A stretch of 52,249 nt of DNA from a virus (IMGVR_UViG_3300045282_000164:1-52249), one strand, 5' to 3'. Counted from the first letter of the stretch, positions 1 through 9,208 are shown. Notes: generated by a model from the sequence alone, not told the origin. Numbers and translations are program-made.

Positions 1-200
1 GGACAAGTTACCAGGGCACAACTTGCCGGGAACGTCTTTCAAAAGTTGGTGGAACGCTCAGGCAAGGGCCAAGTATTCGATCCCGTCAAAGCTGTGGCTG
101 TGTTCAAGCAGATGGACCCCGAGTTAAGAACGCGTTTGTTTGGTTCAAGTGCAGCAGAAATCACACAGGGCTTAGAGACAATGGCGATCGCTACGGGCAA
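1..200. repeat. 200-bp direct terminal repeat, left copy
   Basis: 1-200 matches 52050-52249 except G79 vs T52128. Confidence 0.97.
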
Positions 201-894
201 CGCCACGCAAGCAAAGAACATGGCCAGCGCCCTAACCGATGCCACCAAGTTAGCCCAGAGCCGATTTGAGTCAATGGTCGCGCAGTCGAAGATGGCCAAG
301 CAGATAGCACAGTCCGTGCAAGCCCAGGCCAAGGCGCAGATTGGGCCAGCTCAAACAAACTATAACAATACACTGGCACAAGCAGGGGTAGGACAGAAGC
401 TCCTAGAAACACGGGCCATGCGCTCAGCATCTTATGGTGGTGGTCCGGGCGGCAGCTTCATGAAGATCATTGGAGCTGAGGAAATGGTACGCGGCGGGTT
501 AAACCTGATAGGCGGCAATCTCGGGATTGGAAGTTCTCAGCTTTTACGCGGCGCCACATTAGCTGTACCTATTCAGCTTGCTCGCATGTTTGCCTCACCG
601 ATGGGAAAAAGCGTGGCGTCAACGCTTGCCACTGTTGCCAGTCCAGGTACTCAAGCCTATGCCAACGCCACAAGTGATCTCGCTAACTGGATGCTACAGG
701 ATCAGATTGCCCATGCAGGTGCCGGTCAAGTAGTGCAGCAAAGTAAGAAGGATTATGAGAAGGAATTCCAGGCTGCAATGAAAGATTCAAGCATTCCTAT
801 AGATGAGAAAATTAGACGGGCTATGGAAAAAGACCAGAATTATCAAGCACCACACAGGGGAAATCCCTATGTGCAGTCAGGGTCAAGTAGGTAA
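1..894 (+). CDS. C-terminal part of a large Ala/Gln-rich internal virion (ejection) protein that starts at 50580
   Basis: Same frame as the open ORF at 50580-52249 via the terminal repeat; joined product about 787 aa. Confidence 0.75.
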   Translation, partial: GQVTRAQLAGNVFQKLVERSGKGQVFDPVKAVAVFKQMDPELRTRLFGSSAAEITQGLETMAIATGNATQAKNMASALTDATKLAQSRFESMVAQSKMAKQIAQSVQAQAKAQIGPAQTNYNNTLAQAGVGQKLLETRAMRSASYGGGPGGSFMKIIGAEEMVRGGLNLIGGNLGIGSSQLLRGATLAVPIQLARMFASPMGKSVASTLATVASPGTQAYANATSDLANWMLQDQIAHAGAGQVVQQSKKDYEKEFQAAMKDSSIPIDEKIRRAMEKDQNYQAPHRGNPYVQSGSSR

Positions 895-990
895 AAAGTA
901 GCGCAGACACAGGATTGCGCCGAGCATCCAAATAATAGGGAATTCGGTAAGAAGAAAAAACGAAGTCACAATTAAGAGGAAAAGGAACAT
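883..990 (-). CDS. 35-aa hydrophobic membrane peptide (MFLFLLIVTSFFLLTEFPIIWMLGAILCLRYFLPT)
   Basis: Manual translation; a TATATT -10-like box lies 8 nt upstream on the minus strand; opposite strand, right after the ejection genes. Confidence 0.5.
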   Translation of the reverse strand: MFLFLLIVTSFFLLTEFPIIWMLGAILCLRYFLPT

Positions 991-1077
991 ATAGCCTGAA
1001 TATACCTTAACCACGAATTAAGCAATGACCATACCCCGGCCCGGCCAGGCTGAGGTATTGGCCGAACCTAAAAAGAT

Positions 1078-1123
1078 AAGGGCTGTCCTGTGATCACAGC
1101 ATGGGATGGCCCTTTTTCTTTTT
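1078..1123. terminator. Probably bidirectional intrinsic terminator
   Basis: Stem AAGGGCTGTCCTGTG/CATGGGATGGCCCTT with an A-tract before and a T-tract after. Confidence 0.7.
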
Positions 1124-1140
1124 GGGGCCACTGAGAAAAA

Positions 1141-3624
1141 ATGAAACTATTTCACACAACTTCTAACTCTTCGCCGCCGCCGATTATTAGCCTGTTCCTT
1201 CGGCGTTGCCCATCGGCAATTTGCCGGCTCATAGTCGCCATTATTATTGATCCTATCAAGCTGCAATCCCGCAGGACGATTCCCCATATCAGCAAAGAAG
1301 TTTTCGAATCTTTGCCAACGGTCACACACTTTAATGCCTCGTCCTTTGTATCTGTCGGCCGCATGATTGCGCGGGTTCTCGCAGCGATTGCGCATACCAG
1401 CCCATATTCTAAATTCGACGGAATTACTCATGCCGTGGCGAAAATTAAGTTTTTGAATCTTCTCTACTTTTACACATCCACAGCTTTTAATAGCATTCCA
1501 ATAGGTAAGATTGTTGGCGGCTACAGAAGTCAGCTTCCCACAATCACACCTACAAAACCACATGACGCGCCTCTGTGGACCTTGTCGTTCTGGACTCATT
1601 CCAATAACCACAAGCCGCCCAGAACGTTTGCCAGTCAAATCTTGCAACTTCATTTATTGTCCTTATTCCTTCTCTTGTTTTTACCATGTGTTAATGCTTT
1701 TGGTCAAACCGATACCGGGTTTTTTGTGAGGGCGGATTGCGGAACTTTAACTCCAACCAACAATCAAACCTTGTGTTTGCAATCGACTACGGTGAGCGGG
1801 AGAACTGCAGGTGTTGTTTATGTTTATACATCCGGTGCTTGGACTTCCACCTCGTCAATAGGTTCTGGGGACGTAACTGATGTGCTCGGCACCTCTTCAG
1901 AAATTACAAGCACTAATAGCGGCGGACCAGCTCCGACTCTTTCAATTGCAGATACCTTCCGAATCACAGGTCATGCTGTGACTGCTCCGGTCAAAACTGG
2001 TACGTCTCTTCCTGCTACATGCACAACAGGAGACTTGTTTTTCAAAAGTGACGCGACGGCAGGAAGTAACTTTTATGGATGCACGGGTACAAACACTTGG
2101 ACACTAGAAGGCGGGACTACCGCAGCGGCATCTAGTGTCACGTTTACACCTAATGGGACAATTTCTTCAGTTAACGTTCAATCCGCTGTGCAAGAAGTTA
2201 GGGATGAGGCGCAACCACTTGATGCTGACTTAACCGCCATTGCCGCCCTAGCGACCACTGGGTGCACGGCTAGAACAGCAGCAAATACCTGGGCCAACCG
2301 CACGCTTACCGGCACCACTGGCAACATCACAGTAACTAACGGTGATTGTGTGGCGGGTAATCCTACCTTTGACCTTGGCGCCACGGCAGTCCAGACTGAT
2401 CAATCGAATACCTGGACAACTGGCGATCAGAGCATGGCTGCCGCAGCATCTTGGACAATGCCGGTAGCTACGGGCGCAGCTCCTACGGCAAACGGCAGGT
2501 GTGCTTATGATTCAACCGCGAACCTAATTAAGTGCGGGTTTAACGGCACTACCCTCACGCTTTCCACAACCAGCGTGACACAACCGCTCAGCGCAATTTT
2601 AACATCAATGGCAGGTCTATCCGGTGGACCGCCAGTTAATGCTCAAATTCCCTATTTTACTGGCGCGACCACAGTGAGCTTGGCGCAGTTTGGCCTTTGC
2701 GTGGACAGCGGCGGCCAGCACGTAAACATCACTTCAGTTTCTCCGCTTACCTTTAGCTGTGGCACTTCAAGCACAGGCGGGATTAGCGGAGGGACAATCA
2801 ATAAATATTCGAAGTATTTAAGCGCCACGACTCTGGGGCCAGGGATCTCCACAGACGATGGGACCAATGTCACCATCGGCGGCGGCTTGATCGTCGGTGC
2901 CACTCCTTGGCTGATCGTGGACACTTCAGCCATTGCAGCCAGTGATAAAACCTGGACAGTCCTAAACTTCAGTGGAACGGTTCGGCCTTCGACGGGCGTA
3001 TTTACCCCTGGCAACATTGTAACAACCAATGCCAACGGGTTGTTGATTGATGGTGGCGCGGCTGGCGCAGGAACGTGGACCGATGCAAGTGCAAATACGG
3101 GAACAAATAAAATTCTAGTCGATTCACTTGCCGGTGGAACGAACACACTGACCCTTGGCATTAGCGCTTCCTTTGACGGTGGTTCACTCACGGCAGACGG
3201 CACTAACTGCCAAGACCCCGTTAAGGTCACGATAAACTCTGGGCCAGCTCAATATGCCATTTTGTGTGCAACGCCAAACAGCGCCCAATTCGATGCAGTT
3301 CTTATTGATCTTAAGCATGCGCTAGCAACGATTAAGGTGCGGCTCAAGGCAAACGATACTGTATCCACGCAAACCCTTGCGGGAACATTTAAAGCTCAAT
3401 GTAGAGCAACCGGGACAGCACCGAGCTCGACGTGGGGCAGCACCCAAACGGTGAGCATCACATTGACTACATTAAACACTACCTATGAGGGGTTGACGGC
3501 AGCCATCACTCCCAACGGCACATGCTCCGCTAATTCGGATCTTTACATCAGATATAACGCTACGGGGGGATCTAATTCAGCGACGACAAGAATTTTGGGG
3601 CTAGGGATAGAGCAGCAATCATGA
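1141..3624 (+). CDS. Tail-fibre-like protein with a signal peptide interrupted by an antisense HNH gene
   Basis: Fibre motifs QPLDADLTAIAAL, TISSVNVQSAVQEV and GTSLPATCTTGDLFFKSDA; Thr/Gly/Ser-rich; h-region LLSLFLLLFLPCVNAFG begins at 1654. Confidence 0.75.
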   Translation: MKLFHTTSNSSPPPIISLFLRRCPSAICRLIVAIIIDPIKLQSRRTIPHISKEVFESLPTVTHFNASSFVSVGRMIARVLAAIAHTSPYSKFDGITHAVAKIKFLNLLYFYTSTAFNSIPIGKIVGGYRSQLPTITPTKPHDAPLWTLSFWTHSNNHKPPRTFASQILQLHLLSLFLLLFLPCVNAFGQTDTGFFVRADCGTLTPTNNQTLCLQSTTVSGRTAGVVYVYTSGAWTSTSSIGSGDVTDVLGTSSEITSTNSGGPAPTLSIADTFRITGHAVTAPVKTGTSLPATCTTGDLFFKSDATAGSNFYGCTGTNTWTLEGGTTAAASSVTFTPNGTISSVNVQSAVQEVRDEAQPLDADLTAIAALATTGCTARTAANTWANRTLTGTTGNITVTNGDCVAGNPTFDLGATAVQTDQSNTWTTGDQSMAAAASWTMPVATGAAPTANGRCAYDSTANLIKCGFNGTTLTLSTTSVTQPLSAILTSMAGLSGGPPVNAQIPYFTGATTVSLAQFGLCVDSGGQHVNITSVSPLTFSCGTSSTGGISGGTINKYSKYLSATTLGPGISTDDGTNVTIGGGLIVGATPWLIVDTSAIAASDKTWTVLNFSGTVRPSTGVFTPGNIVTTNANGLLIDGGAAGAGTWTDASANTGTNKILVDSLAGGTNTLTLGISASFDGGSLTADGTNCQDPVKVTINSGPAQYAILCATPNSAQFDAVLIDLKHALATIKVRLKANDTVSTQTLAGTFKAQCRATGTAPSSTWGSTQTVSITLTTLNTTYEGLTAAITPNGTCSANSDLYIRYNATGGSNSATTRILGLGIEQQS
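1147..1653 (-). CDS. HNH homing endonuclease
   Basis: DLTGKRSGRLVV..WFCRCDCG..SCGC..IWAGMRNRC..YKGRGIKVCDRW..LDRINNNGDYEPANCRWAT; SD-like AAGGA upstream. Confidence 0.93.
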   Translation of the reverse strand: MKLQDLTGKRSGRLVVIGMSPERQGPQRRVMWFCRCDCGKLTSVAANNLTYWNAIKSCGCVKVEKIQKLNFRHGMSNSVEFRIWAGMRNRCENPRNHAADRYKGRGIKVCDRWQRFENFFADMGNRPAGLQLDRINNNGDYEPANCRWATPKEQANNRRRRRVRSCVK

Positions 3625-4241
3625 AGATCTTACCAGTTCTTTTCATCCTTCTATTCCCTTCGCTGGCATCGGCAGCTTGCCACGTTTACTTTATGCCGGC
3701 GGTTAGCACTTCTGATTTTGTTCAACCTAAGTACAGTTTCTCCACATCAGGCTCGTTTATACCATTCGGTGGACAAGGAATTTATTTAGCTGCCGCTGAT
3801 ATAGGCAGTACTGAGGACGCAGCTTTAACAGCCAATGCCGATGTTACCGCCGTTCCCGATAACCTAGATCAGCAGATAGGCGCGGGAGCTCTCGCTAAGA
3901 TTCAAACCGCACTAGAGAATCGCAACATTCCTGCTGGCTGGTTGACGGCGGCAACGACATACAGATCAGCATTGAGAACCATTGTTAATATGTTCAAATT
4001 CTTTCAGAAGTTTATCGCCGTGACCCATATCACCGTGCCGGTCATTACCGGGGCGATCACTCTAAACAGCACATTCAATTCACTCAGCGCAGCCAATCGC
4101 CAGCGGCTCATCGATACGGCTACGGCGTTAAGCTTTGACACTTCCGGGCTCACGGGCGCGGCAACCATGCGCCAGATTCTCAAGGCCATAGCCGATCAAT
4201 ATGGCTCTCCACCAGTAGTCTTGGGGTGTGTGACGATATGA
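3621..4241 (+). CDS. Exported protein, possible fibre accessory
   Basis: Signal peptide MKILPVLFILLFPSLASA; 2 Cys near the two ends of the mature chain; ATGA coupling to the upstream gene. Confidence 0.75.
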   Translation: MKILPVLFILLFPSLASAACHVYFMPAVSTSDFVQPKYSFSTSGSFIPFGGQGIYLAAADIGSTEDAALTANADVTAVPDNLDQQIGAGALAKIQTALENRNIPAGWLTAATTYRSALRTIVNMFKFFQKFIAVTHITVPVITGAITLNSTFNSLSAANRQRLIDTATALSFDTSGLTGAATMRQILKAIADQYGSPPVVLGCVTI

Positions 4242-4918
4242 AAAGGCTTTTTCTCTCTCTAATTTTTGTCCTGTGCTTGGCTACCAACTCATGGGCGGTT
4301 ACAGCATCGGACACTTTAGCATCCTATGGCGATGGCAACTTGAGCGTACTCAATGCCAACTGGCCGATCCTAAATATCGACGAGGGTTCTTTGTTTATTG
4401 CGTCGGGATCGGCAGATGTGGATGTTTTCTTTGGTAGTAACTATCGAGGTGATATTTCGCCCGGTGCTAGCCAGTTCTCTCAGGTGCAAATAACACAGCT
4501 TAACGTAGTTAACGAGGCATGGGTTAAACTATTCGTCAGAGCGCAGGCGGCTGATTCGATCACCGATACTTATATCTGTGTCGCTGTACGTAACGCTCAA
4601 GGTTCTCCCTACAGCATAGGGACGACATCTGTAATCTCAGTTGTTTCAGGTACTATCGAATCGCTGATTGCCTCGGAGTCATCAACGAGTTGGTCGGCAG
4701 GCGACACCCCGAAGTGTGCCATGACCGGGACAACCATCACCATGTACCGCAATGACGTTGCATTGCTCAGCACCACGAATGGCAGCTACGCCACCGGTAA
4801 TGTTGGGTTTGGATTATTTTCAGATCGTTACTCTGGCGGAGATACGTTCCTCAATAACTGGCTTGGGGGTGATATCTCGGTTGTTGGGACCGCTAGGCAT
4901 AGGCCGGTGATTCAATGA
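4238..4918 (+). CDS. Exported beta-sandwich (lectin/ConA-like) protein
   Basis: Signal peptide MKRLFLSLIFVLCLATNSWA; GTTITMYRND..YATGNVGFG strand pattern. Confidence 0.7.
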   Translation: MKRLFLSLIFVLCLATNSWAVTASDTLASYGDGNLSVLNANWPILNIDEGSLFIASGSADVDVFFGSNYRGDISPGASQFSQVQITQLNVVNEAWVKLFVRAQAADSITDTYICVAVRNAQGSPYSIGTTSVISVVSGTIESLIASESSTSWSAGDTPKCAMTGTTITMYRNDVALLSTTNGSYATGNVGFGLFSDRYSGGDTFLNNWLGGDISVVGTARHRPVIQ

Positions 4919-7512
4919 AGAGGCTTCTACTTGTTTTATTTTGGTTGATTTTATCGTTGCCAGTTTTCGCGCAGGCAACGACACGCTACGTCATTCCTAG
5001 CGCTGGGGGTACGGGATGCTCAAACGGTTCAACTAATTATCATGTTGGAAGCAACACATGCAGCGGTGGGGCGGATCAGGTCGTTTATACCACGATCCTC
5101 AATGGCCTTAACGCGATGAACGCTTGCGACACATTGACTATCCGCGGGGGAAATTACACCGAGAAGCTCGACGTGACGGGCTTTACTTGGCCATGCTCCT
5201 CTTATAATTCTCCGACTCTAATCCAGGGACAGCCCGGCGAAACAGTTACCTTAACCCCAGCTAGCCCAGATGCGACGATTCACACCAATGCCGAAGGCAC
5301 ATGGCCGGCGATAGCTCAAACTTACATAATATTTAAACATATCAAAATCGACGCACGAAACCTGAACCCACATTTCGGAAACTCTGCTACTTCTATTAGT
5401 CACTTTACGCGATTTGATGACATTGATATCTGCTGCGTTGGCGATAATGCGGGAACAAACCGGATAAGTGGGATCGGGGTTCAAGTCGGAGATGATGTAG
5501 AGATCATCAACTCGAATATTCACGATTACGGATTGAATTTTTTTCAACCCTTCAACTATACCCAAGCCGATATTGATAACGGCACGGCGCTCGGCGGGTT
5601 TGGGTTTTATGGCGTCTATTGGGGTGGCGCTAATGGAGTGCTGCGCAATACTACGTTTTCAAACATCGGTGCGTTTTGCATCCATCAGTACTCTTTTACC
5701 CATGTTTCAGGCCTGGATAATTTTTTGGTGGAAGGTAACACCTTCAAGAATTGTGGCGGGTATATGTACAATTCCCCAGCTTCGGGAACTCCTCCAGGCT
5801 TTATCTTTCCTGGCCAGAAAGCTAGCACTGTGGCAATTCTAACTTCGGGCCATAACGCTATCTTTAGGAACAATCTATTAAATGGAAACCTCTTTGGTGA
5901 AGGAGTGGTCGTAACGTTTTTCTCGTCGGGCTTCCAGATTTATAACAACACAATCAGGGGTATGAGCACGTCAGGTATTTTTGTTGATGGTGGTCCGACA
6001 AATTTGTCCATTCACGATAATATTGTAGTGGACAACGGAATTAATTTCTCTAACGGCGACAATCCTGGAACTCCCACATACACTAGAAACCTGTGCTCCG
6101 CCGCTGGCGGGACACCATCCCCGCAATGCACCGGCAGTCTTACAGAACTATCGTCAGCCACCTTTGTAAACAATACGAATGATTTTCATTTGAAGGCTGG
6201 CAGCAAAGCAAGAAATGCCATTCCTTTAGGGCAATGCTTGACAAGTGTTGACGTTACTGGACTTGCTCGCCCACAGGAAAATTTATGTGACATTGGTGCT
6301 TACGAGTTTGCTAGTGCGAGTAATGTACCGCCGACAATTACCATTGGGGCAATCGCTGGTCTGTCGTCGTGCACAACAGTTGGTTCCGTGACCACCTGCA
6401 ATACGGGCAACTCGACAATAATTCCGCTGGGCACAGCAACGGATTCAGACGGGACTATTTCGAGCGTTGCTTATACCTGCAATAGATGTGGGGCTAGCAG
6501 CGGAGCCGGATCAGGAAGTGCGTCCTTGACCCTACCAAACTGGACTATCGGAACCATTCCCGTTCCGATTCAGCTCCATGCGGGGATAAACACTCTCATC
6601 ATAACAGCAACAGATAATGGTGGGGCTGCAACTGCACGGACTTTAGTTGTAAATTATACTCCTACTTTTCCAGGTAATACGATGGCTCTAGGCCTAGCCT
6701 GTGATGAGGGATCGGGCACAACTTGTGCTGATTCCAGCGGCAATGGCAACACGGCGACCCTCATCAGTGGAGCTACGTGGACCACGAGCGGTCGATTCGG
6801 CAAAGGGGTTGTATTAGATGATGCCCTACATCAATACATCAACGTGCCTGATTCTAACTCACTAGATTTTACTCAGTCATTCACGCTCTCTCTTTGGGCG
6901 TTCCCAACAGCTTCCATGACCGGCTTCAACGCCTTAATAACTAAAGGCGATGCGCTTCAACGATTGTACGCCAGCGCATCAAGCGATAGCTGCTCTGTAA
7001 CAGGCAACGGCAGTCCCTTTGGAATCTTCAAAACTAACGGGATTCTAGGCCCTGACTTTCAAGTTTGCGGAACTCCACCACTGGCAATAAATCAATGGTC
7101 ATATGTGGCCCTGACATATAACGGTTCTGTACTCAGCTTGTGGGTTAATGGCGTGTTGGCCAATAGTATCTCCGGTGCCGGGTTAATGGAACCAAGCGCG
7201 TTACCTTGGCAGATCGGCGCCAGCCAGTTCGGTGAATATTTTAAGGGGGTCGTGGATGAAGTAAGATTGTATAACTATGCCATCCCACGCTTCAGCGGCG
7301 TGCAGAACGCGGCAGGCATCGGCGGCGCATGTATAGCCGGGACTATTCCAGGATCGCCCACGGCAGGCAACATTTATTTCCTTGACCCGCCGTCAATAGT
7401 CAGGGACATGGCCTGCGGTATCACGCCAGGGGCGCCGCCACTAGCAATCAAAATCCCAGCCAGCGCAACAGGGTTAAAGCTATCAGGTGTAGTCAAGTTT
7501 GGATCGAGGTAA
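4915..7512 (+). CDS. Exported receptor-binding/depolymerase-like protein: beta-helix, choice-of-anchor-Q-like, Ig-like and LamG domains
   Basis: Signal peptide MKRLLLVLFWLILSLPVFAQA; IYNNTI repeats; DFHLKAGS..CDIGAYEF; DEGSGTT.ADSSGNGN..WSYVALTYNG..FKGVVDEVRLYN. Confidence 0.85.
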   Translation: MKRLLLVLFWLILSLPVFAQATTRYVIPSAGGTGCSNGSTNYHVGSNTCSGGADQVVYTTILNGLNAMNACDTLTIRGGNYTEKLDVTGFTWPCSSYNSPTLIQGQPGETVTLTPASPDATIHTNAEGTWPAIAQTYIIFKHIKIDARNLNPHFGNSATSISHFTRFDDIDICCVGDNAGTNRISGIGVQVGDDVEIINSNIHDYGLNFFQPFNYTQADIDNGTALGGFGFYGVYWGGANGVLRNTTFSNIGAFCIHQYSFTHVSGLDNFLVEGNTFKNCGGYMYNSPASGTPPGFIFPGQKASTVAILTSGHNAIFRNNLLNGNLFGEGVVVTFFSSGFQIYNNTIRGMSTSGIFVDGGPTNLSIHDNIVVDNGINFSNGDNPGTPTYTRNLCSAAGGTPSPQCTGSLTELSSATFVNNTNDFHLKAGSKARNAIPLGQCLTSVDVTGLARPQENLCDIGAYEFASASNVPPTITIGAIAGLSSCTTVGSVTTCNTGNSTIIPLGTATDSDGTISSVAYTCNRCGASSGAGSGSASLTLPNWTIGTIPVPIQLHAGINTLIITATDNGGAATARTLVVNYTPTFPGNTMALGLACDEGSGTTCADSSGNGNTATLISGATWTTSGRFGKGVVLDDALHQYINVPDSNSLDFTQSFTLSLWAFPTASMTGFNALITKGDALQRLYASASSDSCSVTGNGSPFGIFKTNGILGPDFQVCGTPPLAINQWSYVALTYNGSVLSLWVNGVLANSISGAGLMEPSALPWQIGASQFGEYFKGVVDEVRLYNYAIPRFSGVQNAAGIGGACIAGTIPGSPTAGNIYFLDPPSIVRDMACGITPGAPPLAIKIPASATGLKLSGVVKFGSR

Positions 7513-7515
7513 ATT

Positions 7516-7890
7516 ATGACCAATGACCAGATTACGGCGATCATAACGGCACTGGCAACAATAGCGACGACTATCTATGCAGCGTGGAAAGCGTCTCAAG
7601 CTTCGAAAGCAGCGAGTCAGGCTGTTACGGCAGTCAAGGCTGTAGACGTTAAGGTTGATACGGTTACAGACCAAAACGACAAGCAGCAGGACAAACTTGA
7701 CGAGGTTCACAGCCAATGGAATTCACGCCTTGATGAATGGAAAAGGGACCAAGCTAAGGCTACGGCGGCGGCAATTGCAACGGCACTAGAGGCGGGCAAG
7801 AAGATAGGTGCTGATGAACAGCGAGCCATAGCCGAACAAAAGGCCAAGGATGTTTTGCTTGCGGTAGACGATAAGGAGAAAAAACAATGA
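7516..7890 (+). CDS. Membrane-anchored coiled-coil protein (holin or i-spanin candidate)
   Basis: N-terminal TM followed by a coiled coil; lysis-region context. Confidence 0.55.
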   Translation: MTNDQITAIITALATIATTIYAAWKASQASKAASQAVTAVKAVDVKVDTVTDQNDKQQDKLDEVHSQWNSRLDEWKRDQAKATAAAIATALEAGKKIGADEQRAIAEQKAKDVLLAVDDKEKKQ

Positions 7891-8087
7891 GTCTATTCAT
7901 TCGTGTTCTTTATGTATTGCTAGCTATCGCCTTTGTGGTGTTGGCTTACTACGTGGTGATTTGGGTACTAGCAATGTTAGGGATTATGGTGCCGGACCAT
8001 ATCCTCAAAGTTGTCTTTGTGATCCTGGGGTTGCTGGCTGTGATCGGTGCACTTAGCGGTCGGTTTGATAATTTCTGGAGGGCTTAA
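7887..8087 (+). CDS. Two-TM small membrane protein (holin candidate)
   Basis: 66 aa with two hydrophobic helices. Confidence 0.6.
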   Translation: MSLFIRVLYVLLAIAFVVLAYYVVIWVLAMLGIMVPDHILKVVFVILGLLAVIGALSGRFDNFWRA

Positions 8088-8479
8088 TGGCTAAGCTAAC
8101 CGGACAGTGGGTGTGGGTGGATAAACGGTTAACCAAACTAGAAAAAGTACTGGTTAATCAGGTGATGGGGATTGGGAAAATTGTTGCAGACATTAATAGA
8201 AAGGTAACTAAAATGGCTGATGATCTAAAGGCAGCAAATGACGCATTGGACGCAAGTGCGCAGTCTCTTACAGACATAAGCGCGAGTCTCAGTAACATCG
8301 TGGCTGATGAAGCCAAGTTGAGTACGCAGATTGCCGACTTGCAGGCTCAACTGGCAGCTGGCGGCGGTGTCTCGGCGGCAGATATGGCAGCATTGGCTAG
8401 TAAAGCCCAGGCTAACCAAGCCGCGTTAAAGTCAGTAGCAGATGCAGCAAAGGCCGCAGCGGATGCGATACCTGATTAA
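8087..8479 (+). CDS. Ala-rich coiled-coil protein
   Basis: Heptad pattern; possible alternative start MADDLK near 8213. Confidence 0.6.
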   Translation: MAKLTGQWVWVDKRLTKLEKVLVNQVMGIGKIVADINRKVTKMADDLKAANDALDASAQSLTDISASLSNIVADEAKLSTQIADLQAQLAAGGGVSAADMAALASKAQANQAALKSVADAAKAAADAIPD

Positions 8480-8783
8480 ACTTCTCTGTCTTGCTGGAGG
8501 TTTGGGAATAGCAATTAATGCCCAGGCCTTCAGCGACACCGCAACCCTCACCTGGACAAACAACGATACCAGCCAAGCTATCAGGGGCTCACGCATAGAG
8601 GTATCCAAGGATGGCGGCCAAACCTGGGCAGTGGCATATACAGTAGGGCGCGGGGTAACCACAAGGATTGTGCTGCTCCAGGCTGGGCAAAGGTGGTGCT
8701 ATAGGGTCAGGGCTTATACTAATGCTGCGCAATCAGATCCATCAAACGTCACTTGTGCTACAGTGACAGTGACGACAGGTTAG
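8463..8783 (+). CDS. Exported fibronectin type III protein
   Basis: Signal peptide; ATLTWTNN..WCYRVRAYT..SDPSNVTCAT. Confidence 0.8.
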   Translation: MRYLIKLLCLAGGLGIAINAQAFSDTATLTWTNNDTSQAIRGSRIEVSKDGGQTWAVAYTVGRGVTTRIVLLQAGQRWCYRVRAYTNAAQSDPSNVTCATVTVTTG

Positions 8784-8791
8784 GGAGGGTT

Positions 8792-9208
8792 ATGGTTAAA
8801 CTAAGTGTCATTTTGGCCGTGTTCTTGTTCGCTTCAGTTGCCGAGGCTCAGATCGTGACCTGTGTTCCCACTTACGCCAAGGGATGTGTGCTTACCTTGT
8901 CTTGGCAAAACAACCCTGCACCAGATGGTGCCTATCTAGGCTTGCATGTTTGGCGCAAGCTCAACACGACAACTTACCCAACGACACCATTTGCCACACT
9001 AGGTCCTAACATTACGAGCGTAGTGGACACAACCCTGGCGCAAAGTCCTACCGTAGCCAATAATTATACCTACGTGGTGACGGCCTTTAATAGCTCAGTT
9101 GTTGGCATTAACCAGGAATCACAGGTGTCAAACGAGGTTGCCTACACCGTGCCAGTGTTGCCTGTGATTAATGTTCCTATCGCGCCTTCTAATGCGAGGT
9201 TACAATGA
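8792..9208 (+). CDS. Exported fibronectin type III protein
   Basis: GGAGG SD; signal MVKLSVILAVFLFASVAEA; LTLSWQNN..YTYVVTAFN..ESQVSNEV. Confidence 0.8.
   Translation: MVKLSVILAVFLFASVAEAQIVTCVPTYAKGCVLTLSWQNNPAPDGAYLGLHVWRKLNTTTYPTTPFATLGPNITSVVDTTLAQSPTVANNYTYVVTAFNSSVVGINQESQVSNEVAYTVPVLPVINVPIAPSNARLQ

Noticed and set aside
1147-1653. Group I intron or intein explanation for the HNH insert
   Set aside because: The HNH is antisense and fills the insert end to end; no flanking ribozyme core or intein C/S..HN termini are visible
2652-3230. 192-aa minus-strand ORF and similar shadow ORFs (12753-13379, 26716-27273, 35505-35900)
   Set aside because: They lie opposite well-supported genes and show no motifs, unlike the HNH at 1147-1653
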